Source: Anthoceros angustus (lineage: Eukaryota; Plantae; Anthocerotophyta). From it: a stretch of DNA of 64,000 nucleotides. The notes beneath the pieces were generated by a model that ran no database searches, was not told the DNA's origin, and was given only the letters and a program-made list of their open reading frames with translations. The stretch lies in assembly GCA_010909165.1 (NCBI GenBank), contig MU008155.1, forward strand, positions 1,178,001 through 1,242,000, in the 5' to 3' direction. This document shows positions 12,193 to 24,279 of this stretch, piece by piece. Within the stretch, counting starts at the first letter, position 1; each line of letters starts with the position of its first letter. The position numbers and the translations under genes are program-made.

Positions 12193-12281
12193 GGGCATTT
12201 GGTCTAGTGGTATGATTCTTACCTAGGGCGCAAGACCCGGCAGTTGGTCTAGTTTTATGTTCTTGCCTGAAGTGCAAGACC
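12193..12281 (+). pseudogene. Two tandem 5'-half copies of tRNA-Pro directly upstream of the intact gene
   Basis: gggcatttggtctagtggtatgattcttacctagggcgcaagacc and a more decayed cggcagttggtctagttttatgttcttgcctgaagtgcaagacc; ~44-45-bp period; no T-arm. Confidence 0.8.
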
Positions 12282-12353
12282 GGGCATTTGGTCTAGTGGT
12301 ATGATTCTTGCTTAGGGTGCAAGAGGTCGCGAGTTCGATTCTCGCAATGCCCC
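12282..12353 (+). tRNA. tRNA-Pro (AGG)
   Basis: GGGCATT/AATGCCC acceptor stem; A-box TGGTCTAGTGG; anticodon arm CTTGC-TTAGGGT-GCAAG; B-box GAGTTCGATTC; 72 nt. Confidence 0.95.
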
Positions 12354-12700
12354 TATATAGGATCTATTGCGCCTGCAGTCAATCCCTCTGAGGTAGGTTC
12401 CCGTTTTGTTTGATATTGAAAAGTTTGTGGACAAACTATCCCCTCCGCTTTCCGGCAGGATCGCGTCTGCTGCTCCAGCGCGCAATCCTGATGTCCAGTG
12501 GCCTCTTGGCCCGGGGCTTTGCAGCCATGGAGTCATAGCATGATAAATTCAAAAGGGTGCTCAACTTCTCAGGAACTCGTGCGGCTGTGATGTAAGGAAC
12601 TGAAGAATGCTTGTGTTCCTGGTACTGGGGTGCTACTGAAGTGCTGCACTGACCGCACGGAGCACCCTGCACTTCGAGGTGGTAACACACCGGCTACGGG

Positions 12701-14206
12701 ATGGCGACCGGATTGTGTAATAAGCGTCTCACGTGTACTGATTGTCAATGTCTGCCGCGACTGCCCTTCAGCATGATGTTGTCCCCGGATCACGTGAAAA
12801 CCACTCCATCCTCGCTGGTGGCCAGGGACGCAACGACAGAGGCCTTGTCAGAAGTCAAGGAGATGCTCCAGGATGCAGTGCTGGAGATCATTTGCTTGAA
12901 AAAGAAGCTGGAAGATGAGAGAACGCAGAATGGGGTAGCGGAAGACAGATGCAGACTGCTGGACCAGAAACGACGGCATTACAAAGCAGAGTGCCACATG
13001 CTGGAGTACGAGCTGGAGGCGCTCAAATTTCAGCAGCAGACGGAAGCAGGTGAGTGGCAGAAGGAGTGGAAGGAGGTCCATAACGAATGCGAGATGCTGC
13101 GGACCAAGATCTACGCTCTTCAGGCCGGCACTAGCGTGATTCTCCACCCTGAGCAAGAGCCCTTGTCGGGGCAGAGTAATTTGGCTTCTCCTGAGGCACT
13201 GAGTAGGCAGCTTACTGTCCACTCCGGTGCCTACTCCTTCTCGGTGAATACTTTTCAGGTTATGGCGAACAGCATAATGTTTCGGCTGGCCGGCTTCAGC
13301 AGGTCATTGATTCGTGCGCTTGGTCACCCAATTGAGATTGCGCAGGACGCTGCATGTGGAGACGGTCTGTCAGCAGGACTGTCGGATGGGAAGTATGCCA
13401 TGTACCAACGCGTTTCAGAGATATTGTTCAAAGGTTTCGAGGACGACAGCTTCACCTTCCCAGAATGCCTGATGCCGGAGGTGAACAGAGAGAAGAGACG
13501 GGTTATCTATTTTAATCAGGTCGGGGAGCTGGGGACCGTAGAGAATGAGGAGCAGGTGATGAGGAACTTCCAATACCTGCTGAAGTGTGACTATGCCGTC
13601 TCAAAAACAGAGCCCATACGTTTGGTCCCCGAATTGTGCCCCAGCAGCTGCACCAAAGTGGGGCTCTGTGGTTGTGGACGAGCAGCATTCATGAACTTCT
13701 GCCGAAGGGAACTTCACAGGCTTGCCAGGTCCTTCAAACCTGAGCATCCTTGGTGGAGTCCTGTACGAGAGGCAGAGGCAGGAAGCAACAAGTTGCCTAA
13801 ATTGCCCTGTTTATTGTTTATGAAGCGACTTCTTTCGTTGCTGGCATATCTGTGGCGGGCTCACCTTGTCTTTTTGACGTTCGAGCAACCTTGCAGAATG
13901 TTTAAAGTGAGTTCACCTCCTTAATCCGTTGTGAAACTTTGCAGAATTTGAAGCATACTCGTCGAGGGCATGAAAGTTGGAAACCAGGTGATGTTGCAGC
14001 AGTTAAGCTTGAAAACTGAAATTCACTAGAAAGTGGTGCTGGCTGGCCTGCAGGTTAAGAGGGGGTGTATCTTCGACCCCGCCTACATGGCTTCTGCCTA
14101 TGAGGATCCCAGACACACTTCCCAAGGAGTAGTCGAATATATTATTATACCAGGATTTTACATAGGCAACTTTGTTGTCAGAAGCCAAGTTTACGTGCGT
14201 GACTGA
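12701..14206 (+). CDS. Divergent coiled-coil GIL1/IRKI-type (GrpE-like) protein, copy 3; exons 12701-13906 and 14054-14206 (start uncertain)
   Basis: Long coiled coil, YQRVSEILFKGFEDDSF, LWRAHLVFLTFE; same intron position (FK|V); terminal VKRGCIFDPAYMASAYEDPRHTSQGVVEYIIIPGFYIGNFVVRSQVYVRD*. Confidence 0.8.
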
Positions 14207-14499
14207 CGAAGGGAAGCAGATACGGTGAGCAAAGAATTCCCATCAACGAATCAAGACTTAACAATGTTATCATTTATTTACACATCACTTTCTAACCGTC
14301 CTATCAACCTCTAAGGTTGATAGGAGACTTAGATATCAAGCTTAGACAGGGAATTCTTGAAGAGTATTGACAGCAACTAGACAATAATTTGCTCGGAAAC
14401 AGGTTGCTCCACTCCCTGTCCTTCGTTGTATATACGTGGACAATGCAGATTCTTGCAGTGTAGCTGTAGGAGTTGGCTTGACGTTGATTTGCAGGCGAT

Positions 14500-15460
14500 C
14501 TAGCTGGTCATGTCAGCGTAACCGAGGATGTACTCACTGTTGTGGATCAAGCGAAGAGGGTTACTCTGGGAACAACCGCGCTGGTTGTGAAGATTCGGAA
14601 CTTGTACTGCCCTGCCATGGTCTCGATCGGTATTTCCAAACGCGCTGTTGCAGCAATCAAAATAGCCAACGTCAAAGCCATCAGTGTCTATGGGAGTGAC
14701 GGGATCTGACTCTCCACCGGTGCGGGCTGTTGTGATACGACCTACTCCACCAAATCCATCCTTCCTAGCATCAACATATCCAATCTCGAGTCCAGGATCT
14801 CCGACATCGCAATATCCAACCTCAAATCCATGGTTTCCAGCATCGAAATATCCAACCTCGAATCCATCATGTAGCTCAGGCTGCCCGGGAACTGCCTCTC
14901 CACTGGTGCGGGCTGCTGTAGCACAACCTACTCCACCAAATCCATCCTTTCTACCATCTAGATATCCAATCTCGAATCTATGATCTCCAACATCGAAATG
15001 TGCGACCTCAACTCCATGGTTTCCAGCATCGAAATATCCAACCTCGAATCCATAACGTGGCTCAGGATGACCAGGAACTGGCTCTCCACCGGTGCGGGCT
15101 GTTGTAGTACGACCTACTCCACCAAATCCATCCTTTCCAACATCAAAATATCCACCCTCGTATCCATGATCTCCAACATCGAAATATCCAACCTCAAATC
15201 CATGGTTTCCAGCATCGAAATATCCAACCTCGAATCCATCCTGTAGCCCACGCTGGCCTTGGAGAGATGAACGCATAGCTTGCCAGTCATTCATGGCTCC
15301 GCGATTGCTAATGTCCTGCCCAATGTCAAAATACCCCACGTTGAAGCCACAGGTGAGCTGTCATACACTGCTCCGCGATTGCTGATGCCCTTCCCCATGT
15401 CCCAGTAACCCACAGAAAGTTTAGGCTGTCGGGGCTCCTGAAATCGGTTCGGTCAGCCAT
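14500..15460 (-). CDS. Orphan repeat protein / candidate multi-core peptide precursor with ~12-13 G-F-x-V-G-Y-F-D motifs
   Basis: Open 279-codon frame with 12-aa repeats grouped in three 186-bp higher-order units. A further upstream motif (SVGYWDMGKGISNRGA) and ATG 15460 join this frame if two 1-nt deletions (~15417, ~15350) are corrected. Confidence 0.6.
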
Positions 15461-16329
15461 CACTTGCGCTGTAACCTGCAGCCGAGGAATGCCGCCTGCA
15501 ACCAAGAAATACGACTGACAGCATGAAGCTGTAAGCAAATTGCAAAAGAGGCTCGCCGGAACACATTGTGGCTTGCCTGGAAGTCGGGTGTGCCAAGGTC
15601 TCACACACCCGGATTTCACACAAACAAAACCTAAAAGGACAACAATTCAGAAGTCGCGAAATCCGTTGCGCGCGGCACCTTGAAAGCAGAAGAAACTATC
15701 CCGGTGATGAGGATGGCCTCGGATTGCAGCGGTGGCACACAGAAGGCTGTACCGATCTCCAGACCTGAATCCCTACACAGTCCAAGTGCATGCGGAATTG
15801 GCCTGAACTTTGAAGCGGACGATGGTTTGAAATTGGCGCCAAAAGGGTTGGCGGCCAGTGGTCAGGCCGCGAATCTGGCCCCGAGATCCAGCCCGCTTGA
15901 GCGCGATGCCGCAATAACTGCCGCGAACACCATCTCATCAGGGGATATCGATGCGGCCGTCAGCACCGCCTTCCTTTCGACGTCAGTAGCCACAGTTTAT
16001 GAAATGCAACCTGGCGTTTATGTATACACATGCATAGGTACTTCCAGAAATCCCAGTGAGCGTATGTAAGAGCATGCATGTACATTGTTCATGTGCCGAG
16101 TTAGCTGGCACTGCTAAAGTAGTGGCACCGCCAAAGAAGTAGAGGGGCCAGAAGAAGTGGAAATAAACTGTTTCTGATGGACTGCTAGTCTGCTACCCTT
16201 TCCATGACTCACGCCTTGAGGGGCCTAAAAGCGTCGCTGGAGTGCCAGGGAATGCACAATGCACATGCATGGACCGTGGCAGTAACATGATCCTGCTGAA
16301 AGGTAGGAATCGGGATTTACATTTTCATC

Positions 16330-16621
16330 TCTGACCAGGTGCATGGAACCTGGGTTACTCGACCCTCGCCTTACGGCCTGATGCAGCTTTCATGCAAATG
16401 CCTGCCAGGGTCCCAGGGACCATGGCGGTAAGATGAGCCTGCAGAAAGGTGGTAGCTCGGGATCTACGTTTCAATCTTTGACCAGGTGCATGGAACTTGG
16501 GTTACTCGACCTTGGACAGCGCGCTTGTGATGAGCGCCTGCCTAATGTAGCTTTCATGCTTCTGCCAGGCTTGCGTCTTGGCAAAAGTGCCCTGGTCCCC
16601 GGAAGCTTTGTTTGCGTGTGA
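16330..16621 (+). pseudogene. Duplicated remnant of a GIL1/IRKI-type terminal exon
   Basis: tgaccag|gtgcatggaac...gggttactcgacc occurs twice (~16333, ~16479). The second reads CMELG...NVAFMLLPGLRLGKSALVPGSFVCV*, like VAFMVVPGFRIGKSVV. Confidence 0.5.
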
Positions 16622-17226
16622 AACTGTGGGGAAAGGATAAGGATTTGTCTGTCTTTGTCGAAAGTGCTGGACGGATAGACAGCATATCCAGAGCATCGAG
16701 CCATCGTCGCAAGAGATAAGAGATCCAGATTAGGATAGATAATAATATTTTGGAGGTGGTGTCGGATATGGATAACTATCTACTCCTAATCGCAGCCCTA
16801 ATCCTACCCGAGATCCAATCCTCTGGTGTAGAGAAGATTACGTGTCCATCCCTCACTGTGTACGGGGATGGATGATGAGCTGTCAGTCACAACAGAAGGC
16901 AACGCAACGTGCTGCTGCTGCTCAGAAACCTGGAGTAGGAGGTCTCGTCCCAGTTCGCTGGCCACGTCAAGCACGCGGGGTGAGGCTGCCCACACTTGGC
17001 TTGCCGCCTCACCACGAGGCACGCTGGCTCTCCCCTATTTAAGTGGCCCGGCTTGCCAATTGGTTCAACGTACGTTCGCTCTCCTCGCCCGAGATTTTGT
17101 GCTCGGTCGCAGCGCGTTGCTGTCCGCCCTCCCCGCAGCGCTTTCTTCTGCCTCGCGCGTTCTTGCGTGGCTCGCGTGGCTCGTCCATTCGACCTGGTGG
17201 CGAAGTCGCGATTCGCGCTGTGAGAC

Positions 17227-17580
17227 ATGGCCCGATGCATGGAGAGTGCGCGATCTGTGGCCCCGTCACGGAACGTGATAGCGGTGGAGAGCTGGAGCAA
17301 AGCTCAGCCGGCCGCGGAGGAGAGTCCCGTGAAGCTGTCTTGCCGGCGGCTTCACGTGAAGGAGACTTTCATGTTTGCCCCGGCCTACGCGCATCAAGAT
17401 CCTGACCCGTCGCCGAAGGCGAGGACGTTCGAGCTCTGCTTGAGGGACTATGAACCGCACAATGTGCTCCCGAAGAAAGCAGAGCAGGAATCGTTCTGGA
17501 GATCCTTCGTCAGGGACAGGTTGCAGTGGTTGAATGGCGTCATGTTCGGATGGACCAGTTCCTTCGTCGTGATCCATTGA
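17227..17580 (+). CDS. Hypothetical 117-aa protein
   Basis: Intact ATG-to-stop ORF in good context, with a TATA-like ctatttaag at ~17035; no recognisable domain. Confidence 0.35.
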   Translation: MARCMESARSVAPSRNVIAVESWSKAQPAAEESPVKLSCRRLHVKETFMFAPAYAHQDPDPSPKARTFELCLRDYEPHNVLPKKAEQESFWRSFVRDRLQWLNGVMFGWTSSFVVIH

Positions 17581-17789
17581 TCGTGCCGCCCGACACGATC
17601 ATTGTTCCGGCCACAATGCTACCTACTACGGATTCTTCCACCGATCTGGAGCTCGTTCGGGAAGACCTGCGCCTCGAGGCCATGGTTGTGGACGAAAGGA
17701 GGATTTCTACAACTCCAGCATGAATTCAAGGGGTGATGCTGCCCGGAGCGTCAAGCGAACAATATCACGAGCGCGATCCGGTCATGCTA

Positions 17790-20459
17790 TTACTCTTCTT
17801 CCAGATGTTTCCTGTGAACTTGCGCACACGCTGTGCTACAGTAGGAGTAAGAGTACCTTGTGAAAGGCACTTTACCCGACAGAGCGATCCCACAGTAAGA
17901 GCAAGGATCTACCGAAGACTGCGGCTGTGAACCTCCACTTCCGCCAGCAGTGTTCAGGCCTAAAGCTCGAAGTCTCCGCTCCGCGGCAGCAGCTCGCATC
18001 TCCCGCTCCAAAGCTTGCGCTTTCAGCAGAGCCTGAAATAGCCCAACCAACTTAGACGTTGCCAGAGAGTAGTCCAAAAATCTATTGGGGAGGGACTAAC
18101 CAGGTCAAATGCCACTGGCTTTTGGGCAGCAACTCTTTTGTCCTTCCCAGATCCATGCCGGACCTCTTTCGTCGCTGCAGCTGCTAACTCCGCTGCTGCC
18201 TTCGCCTCAGCCTGTTTCAAGTCCACAGAGTTTTGATGTTGCGTAGATAGGGGAATGCAGCAGTTCTGCATGGCGTTCTTTTTTACTAGTGAATTTGGAA
18301 ACTTTCTGTATGGCATTCTGCCCCGCTGGAAGACAAATGCGTAAATTTTCCCCAATCCAAAAAAAACGCTGCGTAAACAAACCTGAGCAGCTTCTTGGGC
18401 TTTCTTCTGCTTCTTCAGCTCTTTCATCTTCGCTTTCCTTTTCGCGTCCTTCTCAGCCTGCAAAGACATGAGGATATCGCATATTGAACTGTCGATGCCA
18501 AGATACTCTCAACACATTATTGCCTACTGCGTACCTGCTTCGCAGACTGAGCAGCCTCTATCTCATCTGTCAGCGGGCTTGGGACATTGGCCGCATGCCA
18601 GTCCCACCTGTCTGGATACTCGGCCATAAATCTGCGGAAAACATTTCTCGTTTCCTTGTTCGCAGCAAGGGAGTATGGAGTTCGACCTCTGCCTTCTTTG
18701 GCACAAGGGTCGGCTCCAGATCTTAGAAGTTGCAAAACGGAATCTGTATTCCCAGATTTTGCTGCTTCATGCAGGGCAGATAGGCTCCGATCACTGAGAT
18801 CTGCTGTTTCCTGCAGTTCCCCATTGTTCCTCGTCTCACTTTGCTCTGCTTCTCTTTCCGACACTTGTATAGGCTTGTCAGCTCCTGTGCCAACCTTCAG
18901 TGGCACCTTTTTTTGGCTCACAGCTTCAACTTTTTCTGTCTTTGTACCTCCTTCCAAACTACTGGGCCCCTTGTACTCCAAAGACGCAAGCATTTGAAAG
19001 ACTCTTCTTGCTTCTTTGAAGGTAGGCCTGCGTGTTGTGAAGGGGATATTTCGTACTCTCCGATCGCTTCTGCTCAGTGCAGCATCCTCACCACCAAAAA
19101 AAGACTGACTGTCGGATGAAGGAGCATGGACATATATTATAGAAGCTTCTCGAAGATAACTCTTCCATCGGGAGAGCAAATCTTGAATGTCCTGCACGAC
19201 ATGAGAGGTGTCACAGATTTGCAAGGTCAGCATCCTAGCAGAGCAAATTCCTGATCACCCATCACAATCAGCTGGCCCAGTCAGCATGAACAAGGCAACC
19301 TAATTACCTTCTGAAGAGCCTTTTCATTGTAACGTCGAAGAGAGGCACCTGCAGATTTTGGTGCTCTGCCAGAGGCATCCTTCGTGGACTGTCTTCCCCC
19401 AGCTTTGGCTCTCACCACATATCTGCAAACCATTTAGTAAAAAAGGAGCAGGCTTCCGAAATCTCAACCAGGGGCAGCACCCTGTCATAGAGGGCTCCAA
19501 CAAGATAGAAGAAACTACCTGTGAAAAGTCTGATGTGCAAGAGCTTCTCCACTTACAATGTTCCCTACGACACCAGCAAAATGCCCTCCGTTGGCAAGCA
19601 GAACCACCCACACTTGTTGAGGCTCAGGGCCCTTCAGAACTCTCAACCTCCGTTCAAGCTCTCCATCAGAAACCGACAGCCCAGCCGGGTCGTCACCTGC
19701 ATATCCTTTTTCTCCTTGCAGAACTTCCTTCTCGGTGACCAGCACAGCACGCCACACAGACACCACTTGCCCTGAGTTTTGCAGCAGGAACGAAATGTGG
19801 ACTATCCTGTTGACACCCAATCTAGGTTTCCTTTCTCCCTCATCATCGTCAGAGGCATCAGTGTCAGATCCTGAAATGCTGGACACATCATCGTTGTCAC
19901 GCTGATGTTCGTTCTGCGCAAAAATCTCGAATTCCTCCTCACTTAACCCCGCTTTCCCATGTACCTTCCGCTTGACCTGCAGAGCAACAAGAAACTCAAC
20001 CACATAAACACATTCGCCTATTGCAACGCTGAAACAACATGCTCCATCATGCCGACACTAGAAACTGAGCTCCACAACACGACTTACGTTAAGACGATGG
20101 AAATCAGACTTGAAATGGGACCTCTGCTGCCCCAGACTCAAAAAAACGGAGTCACAGGTTATACATGTCCAACGGCTCATCCCATCCCCCTGCTCCGCTG
20201 CCCCTGACACTCTTTCCGACTCCTTTCTCGCCCCATCAACGCCCACTACACCGAGCTTCTGCTCCTGAGCTGCCACCGCGTTGTTCTCATCATCTTGCTG
20301 CTCCTGCTCTTGCTCAGTGGGTGCTAATCCTGATGCTGCAGCTCCTAATTCTGGAGACAGACTCTCCTCACGATGTACCACCGCAGAATCAAAGAAATCA
20401 TGGCTCACGGTGCATAGATCATTGGACCTGGCAAGCTGATGCTGTGAATTGCGCCCCAT
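17790..20459 (-). CDS. ANKZF1: Ankyrin repeat and zinc finger protein ANKZF1/Vms1 (ribosome quality-control peptidyl-tRNA release), ~7 exons
   Basis: C2H2 [10 protein letters not shown]...[13 protein letters not shown]; VLRF1 domain GGHFAG...[18 protein letters not shown]...[11 protein letters not shown]; [12 protein letters not shown]; ankyrin LHEAAKSG...GADPC; C-terminal treble clef CSYCG...[18 protein letters not shown] introns at 20087-19977, 19518-19423 etc. Confidence 0.93.
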
Positions 20460-21399
20460 CACGCTCTCGCCAGATACAAATACCGTTTGCAAAGTAGCTA
20501 ATTTATGGCCAGTGGATGTTTTGGGACATTTTCGGCAAAGTTCCTAGAAATGGATTTCGTAGAGGACATTTTTCGACAAGTTCCTAGAAATGAATTTCGT
20601 AGACGCATTTTGTAGACTGACCTGGATCTCTCAACTAGATCAGCCATTTTGGTGTTATTTTCTCGGTATCTCCATATTGGTAGAGGAAGCTTTACATGTA
20701 GCGTTATGTTTCCTTCAAGGAGTGACATCAAAGACATGGTTCATTGGAACTCTATAGTCAAGTATTCTTTGGACTGTTAGTTGGTGGTTTATTCTGGGCT
20801 AACAACACAGGTAGGAACGACAAATGTATCAAGCATTCCCATTCAAGCATAAGTAGAGGACACGGCCGTGGTGGTTATTGTGCTTGCGGTATAGGCTCCA
20901 CGGTGATGAGCGGATACTAGGACACACACAGGAATATACATACACGCATGCACATAGCGTTAGTCAGGCAGGCTTACAGTTTTAAGTAACACCGCCAACC
21001 AATGCACACAGGAGGACAATCGGTGGTTAGCCAAGTAGGAACTTGAACATCCCTCAGACTCTCAAGCTTCCCTTCAGTGGCAGCAAGACCTACAGTGAGC
21101 GTGCACACATTCAAACAACAACATGGCTAACTAGGCCTACAAGTGTTGGAACAACTATATATAGTGGGTCCGCTGTTCTAAAAATACCTGCCCTCAACGT
21201 CTTGGCGCCCTTTTGTGGCTTAGGATCCTCTGCATCCTTGGATAAAGCTGGCTATGGCCCACTTACCCTATGTTTGGAGGCAGCTAGCTAGCCTGCTTGG
21301 AGCCATTGTTTGTACCAAAACATCTTATCACACACACAACCAAGAAGGGTTGGCGGAATCGGATCGCGGTAGTAGCCTAGATCAGGTAGGAGAATGAAG

Positions 21400-23550
21400 T
21401 ACGTAAACAGGAAGCAACGAAGCGAACCATTCACTTGGGATCGAACCCTATACTACGTGACACAGGACTAGTGTGCGCCCGGTTGGCCCGTCAGCAAAAG
21501 TCCGTCCATGGACGATCCACAGTATCATAAACCGATCTATATCGTCTGACCTTCTTAGTTGCGAGGGTGGGTAGCAGAGCTCACCCTTCTTGCGATCCTA
21601 ACTAGTCTAGCCGCTATCGTGGCCAGCCGCCGCCGCCAAACCCCCACTTGTGAGAGTGGGTAGCGAACCGCGGACGCAACATGATCCCCTGTCAGACTCT
21701 ATTATGGCGATCGCCTAGCTACACGGGCATTGTGCAAGAAACGATGCTCAAGGTACCGTCCAACCCTCCCGACGAATCGAACCAAGGTACGAACCACCCT
21801 CCGTAATGTCAGCGCCCGGAGGTTACAGCCTCGGGCCCAACCGTACCACCGCCTAAACCCTCTACTTCGCACTCTTCGCTCACCTTCTAAGGCGGTAGGG
21901 CCCCCCGAGGAGTCAGAGGAGGCCGCGGGAGAAAAAGGGCTGGGGGAGAATGCAGTCACGGGGAACCTGGGTGCCCTGTTCGGGGACGGGAGCAATGGCG
22001 AGGCGGAGCCATCATAGGAGGAGCGGCTGGTCAGTCGAGCTGGACAAGGAACGTTAGCTCTAGCTGACCACGAGGTATGCTCTCCGGGCCCTGCACTCGG
22101 GATAGAAGGCCTAGAAGGGAGTGGTCCGGCGAGGAGGGAGGAGCCGGAGCTATGGGGAGGACCCATGGCAGGGGACAATGAGGTCTGTTTCCAAGGGGAA
22201 GGACCAGGGTTAGGAACGGACCCAGGGGTCCGTCCTCCGAAGTTAGGGACGGACTCGTTGGCGTCTAGCGAACCGCCCCAGCTGACTCAGTGCGAACGGA
22301 CTCCGGTCCCTCCTCCGGCCGGACTAATGGATGGGTGGCCCATCGGGGGGCAGGGGGGCAACACCCAACATCCGATGCTGCAGTCAGTAGAACTAGTGGA
22401 AGACATTGTGGTGACAACAGTTGTCAGCGCACCTCCGGGAGTGAGGCCCAATCAAGGTCGGGGTGAGACCTGGGCCCCTACTGGCAGGCACCGGTCAAGG
22501 ATAATCAGGCTGGGCGCCCCTTTGGCGCCAGGGTTAGGGATTGGGTTGCCAGACGGGGAAGTCAGCTAGGGTCAACAGCAACCTAGTCGCCGTAGACATA
22601 GGTAGCTACACGTGAGGATCTGGTATCCCTCCCGCGTGTGTAGGTAGCTGGCAGAGGGCCAGCCTTCGGGTTGTAATAAAGGCACTGCCTTAGAGGTAGT
22701 ATAAGAGGGAGGTTGCCACCCCTGTAATGCAATTTTTCTTTTAAGGTTGATGCCACGTTGTGCATGAGGACTTTTGAGCCAAGTGCTTAATGCCTTGCCC
22801 AAGTCACCGAATGGGCGGACTAACCCGAAGAGGATTATCCAGGTTCTGGTGACAAACCCCTAATGCGTGGAGGTGATTGCAGGTGCTGAGGAAGCTCGAC
22901 CCTTGCTCCTCAAGAGTGGGGCGCAGGTGAGAAGTGGACCGGAGCAGATAAGAGAAGCCGGACAGCCAGCGGAAGGTGCGGAGAGCCTGAACTGGCCGGA
23001 CCACGTGGACATGGATGCGGAGGTGCTGCAGCCCAACATTTCACCAGAGCGTGAGACTATACAACGACGGACTGTGGAGCGAGTGAAGAGAGAAGAACGG
23101 AGGGGAAGTGCCCAAACGGGCGGACAAGAGGACGTGAACGAGTCCTTAAACGTTCGGCGATATTGGGCTTGTACGGTAGAACCTTATATGGAATATGAGT
23201 GGAAGAGGTGAGCGGAGAGTGCGTAGTACTTAGAGAATTTGGGCGGTGGTACGGCTGGGTCCGAGGTTGCACCCTCCGACCGTTGATGTTGCGTAAGGTG
23301 GTTCGTACCCCTGTTCGGCTCGTCGGGAGGGTCGGGTTGTACCTTGAGCATCGTTTCTAGCACAAAGCCCACGTTGCTAAGCAGTCGCTGTAGTAGGTCC
23401 TAATCGTGAACCACGTTGAGTCACGGATCTAGGCGCTTGAGCGCCTATTGGAGCGGATCGTAAGGGATCGTGGTTCGTTGCATACCCTTGTGGTTGGGGA
23501 AGTCCGGCGACGGAGTCCGGCTAACGATAACGGCCTAGATTAGTTAGGAC
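21400..23550. mobile_element. Degenerate TE-derived region with ~300-350-bp diverged inverted repeats (21595-21890 vs 23200-23550)
   Basis: gctcaaggtaccgtccaaccctcccgacgaatcgaacc vs the reverse complement gctcaaggtacaacccgaccctcccgacgagccgaac. 21430-21520 also resembles 59190-59280. Confidence 0.55.
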
Positions 23551-24279
23551 GTTTGGCGCCTCAGCCTATGCTTTTGTACCTGAGGATAAAAGACGAAAAA
23601 TGGACAACAAGGCCACCAAGCATATCTTTCTAGAATACTCAGATACTGTTAAGGGATAAAAACTCTATAACCCCTTAACAAAAGAATTGACCATTGCCAG
23701 AAGTGTAAGCTTCAATGAGACTTACATTTTAATACCATAATATTCATACTGTCGGAATAAACAGGAAGCGGCTTTTCCAATGAATATACTGGTAACCGGC
23801 GGGAACATGGGAACGAAATGCCTGTTCCTGCCATTTTCCACAAAAAATGTTTCAAAAGTACGGTTGCTTTGTGTGCAGGAATCCGGGAACATGCCATGAG
23901 TTGGGCTGGAAAATGGAGATACAACCTCGGTAGGCACACATTTGCTTTGAAATAATGCCCATACATGACATTTTGTCGGTGGCAGCGAAGAGGGCACGAG
24001 AGAGGCCTCTTGCTGTACATTCAGTACATGAAGGGTATATGATTTTGGAAAAGCTGTTTTAAGGAGGGTGTAATAACTATTGGAGATGACAATGGAAATT
24101 CAACACGCAGCAGTGCGAGTCCCTGTTTCCATCTTCCCGAAATCATGCAATGCAATTGCCGTTTGCATACCTCTGGTGTGTGTTTTGTACTTGTCGAGTC
24201 CCACCTTCTTCATGGATTAGTGCTAAAAAAGAGAAAACAGATTGGCAAGGGGAACAAAAGTCTCCAGACGAGTGAGGAG

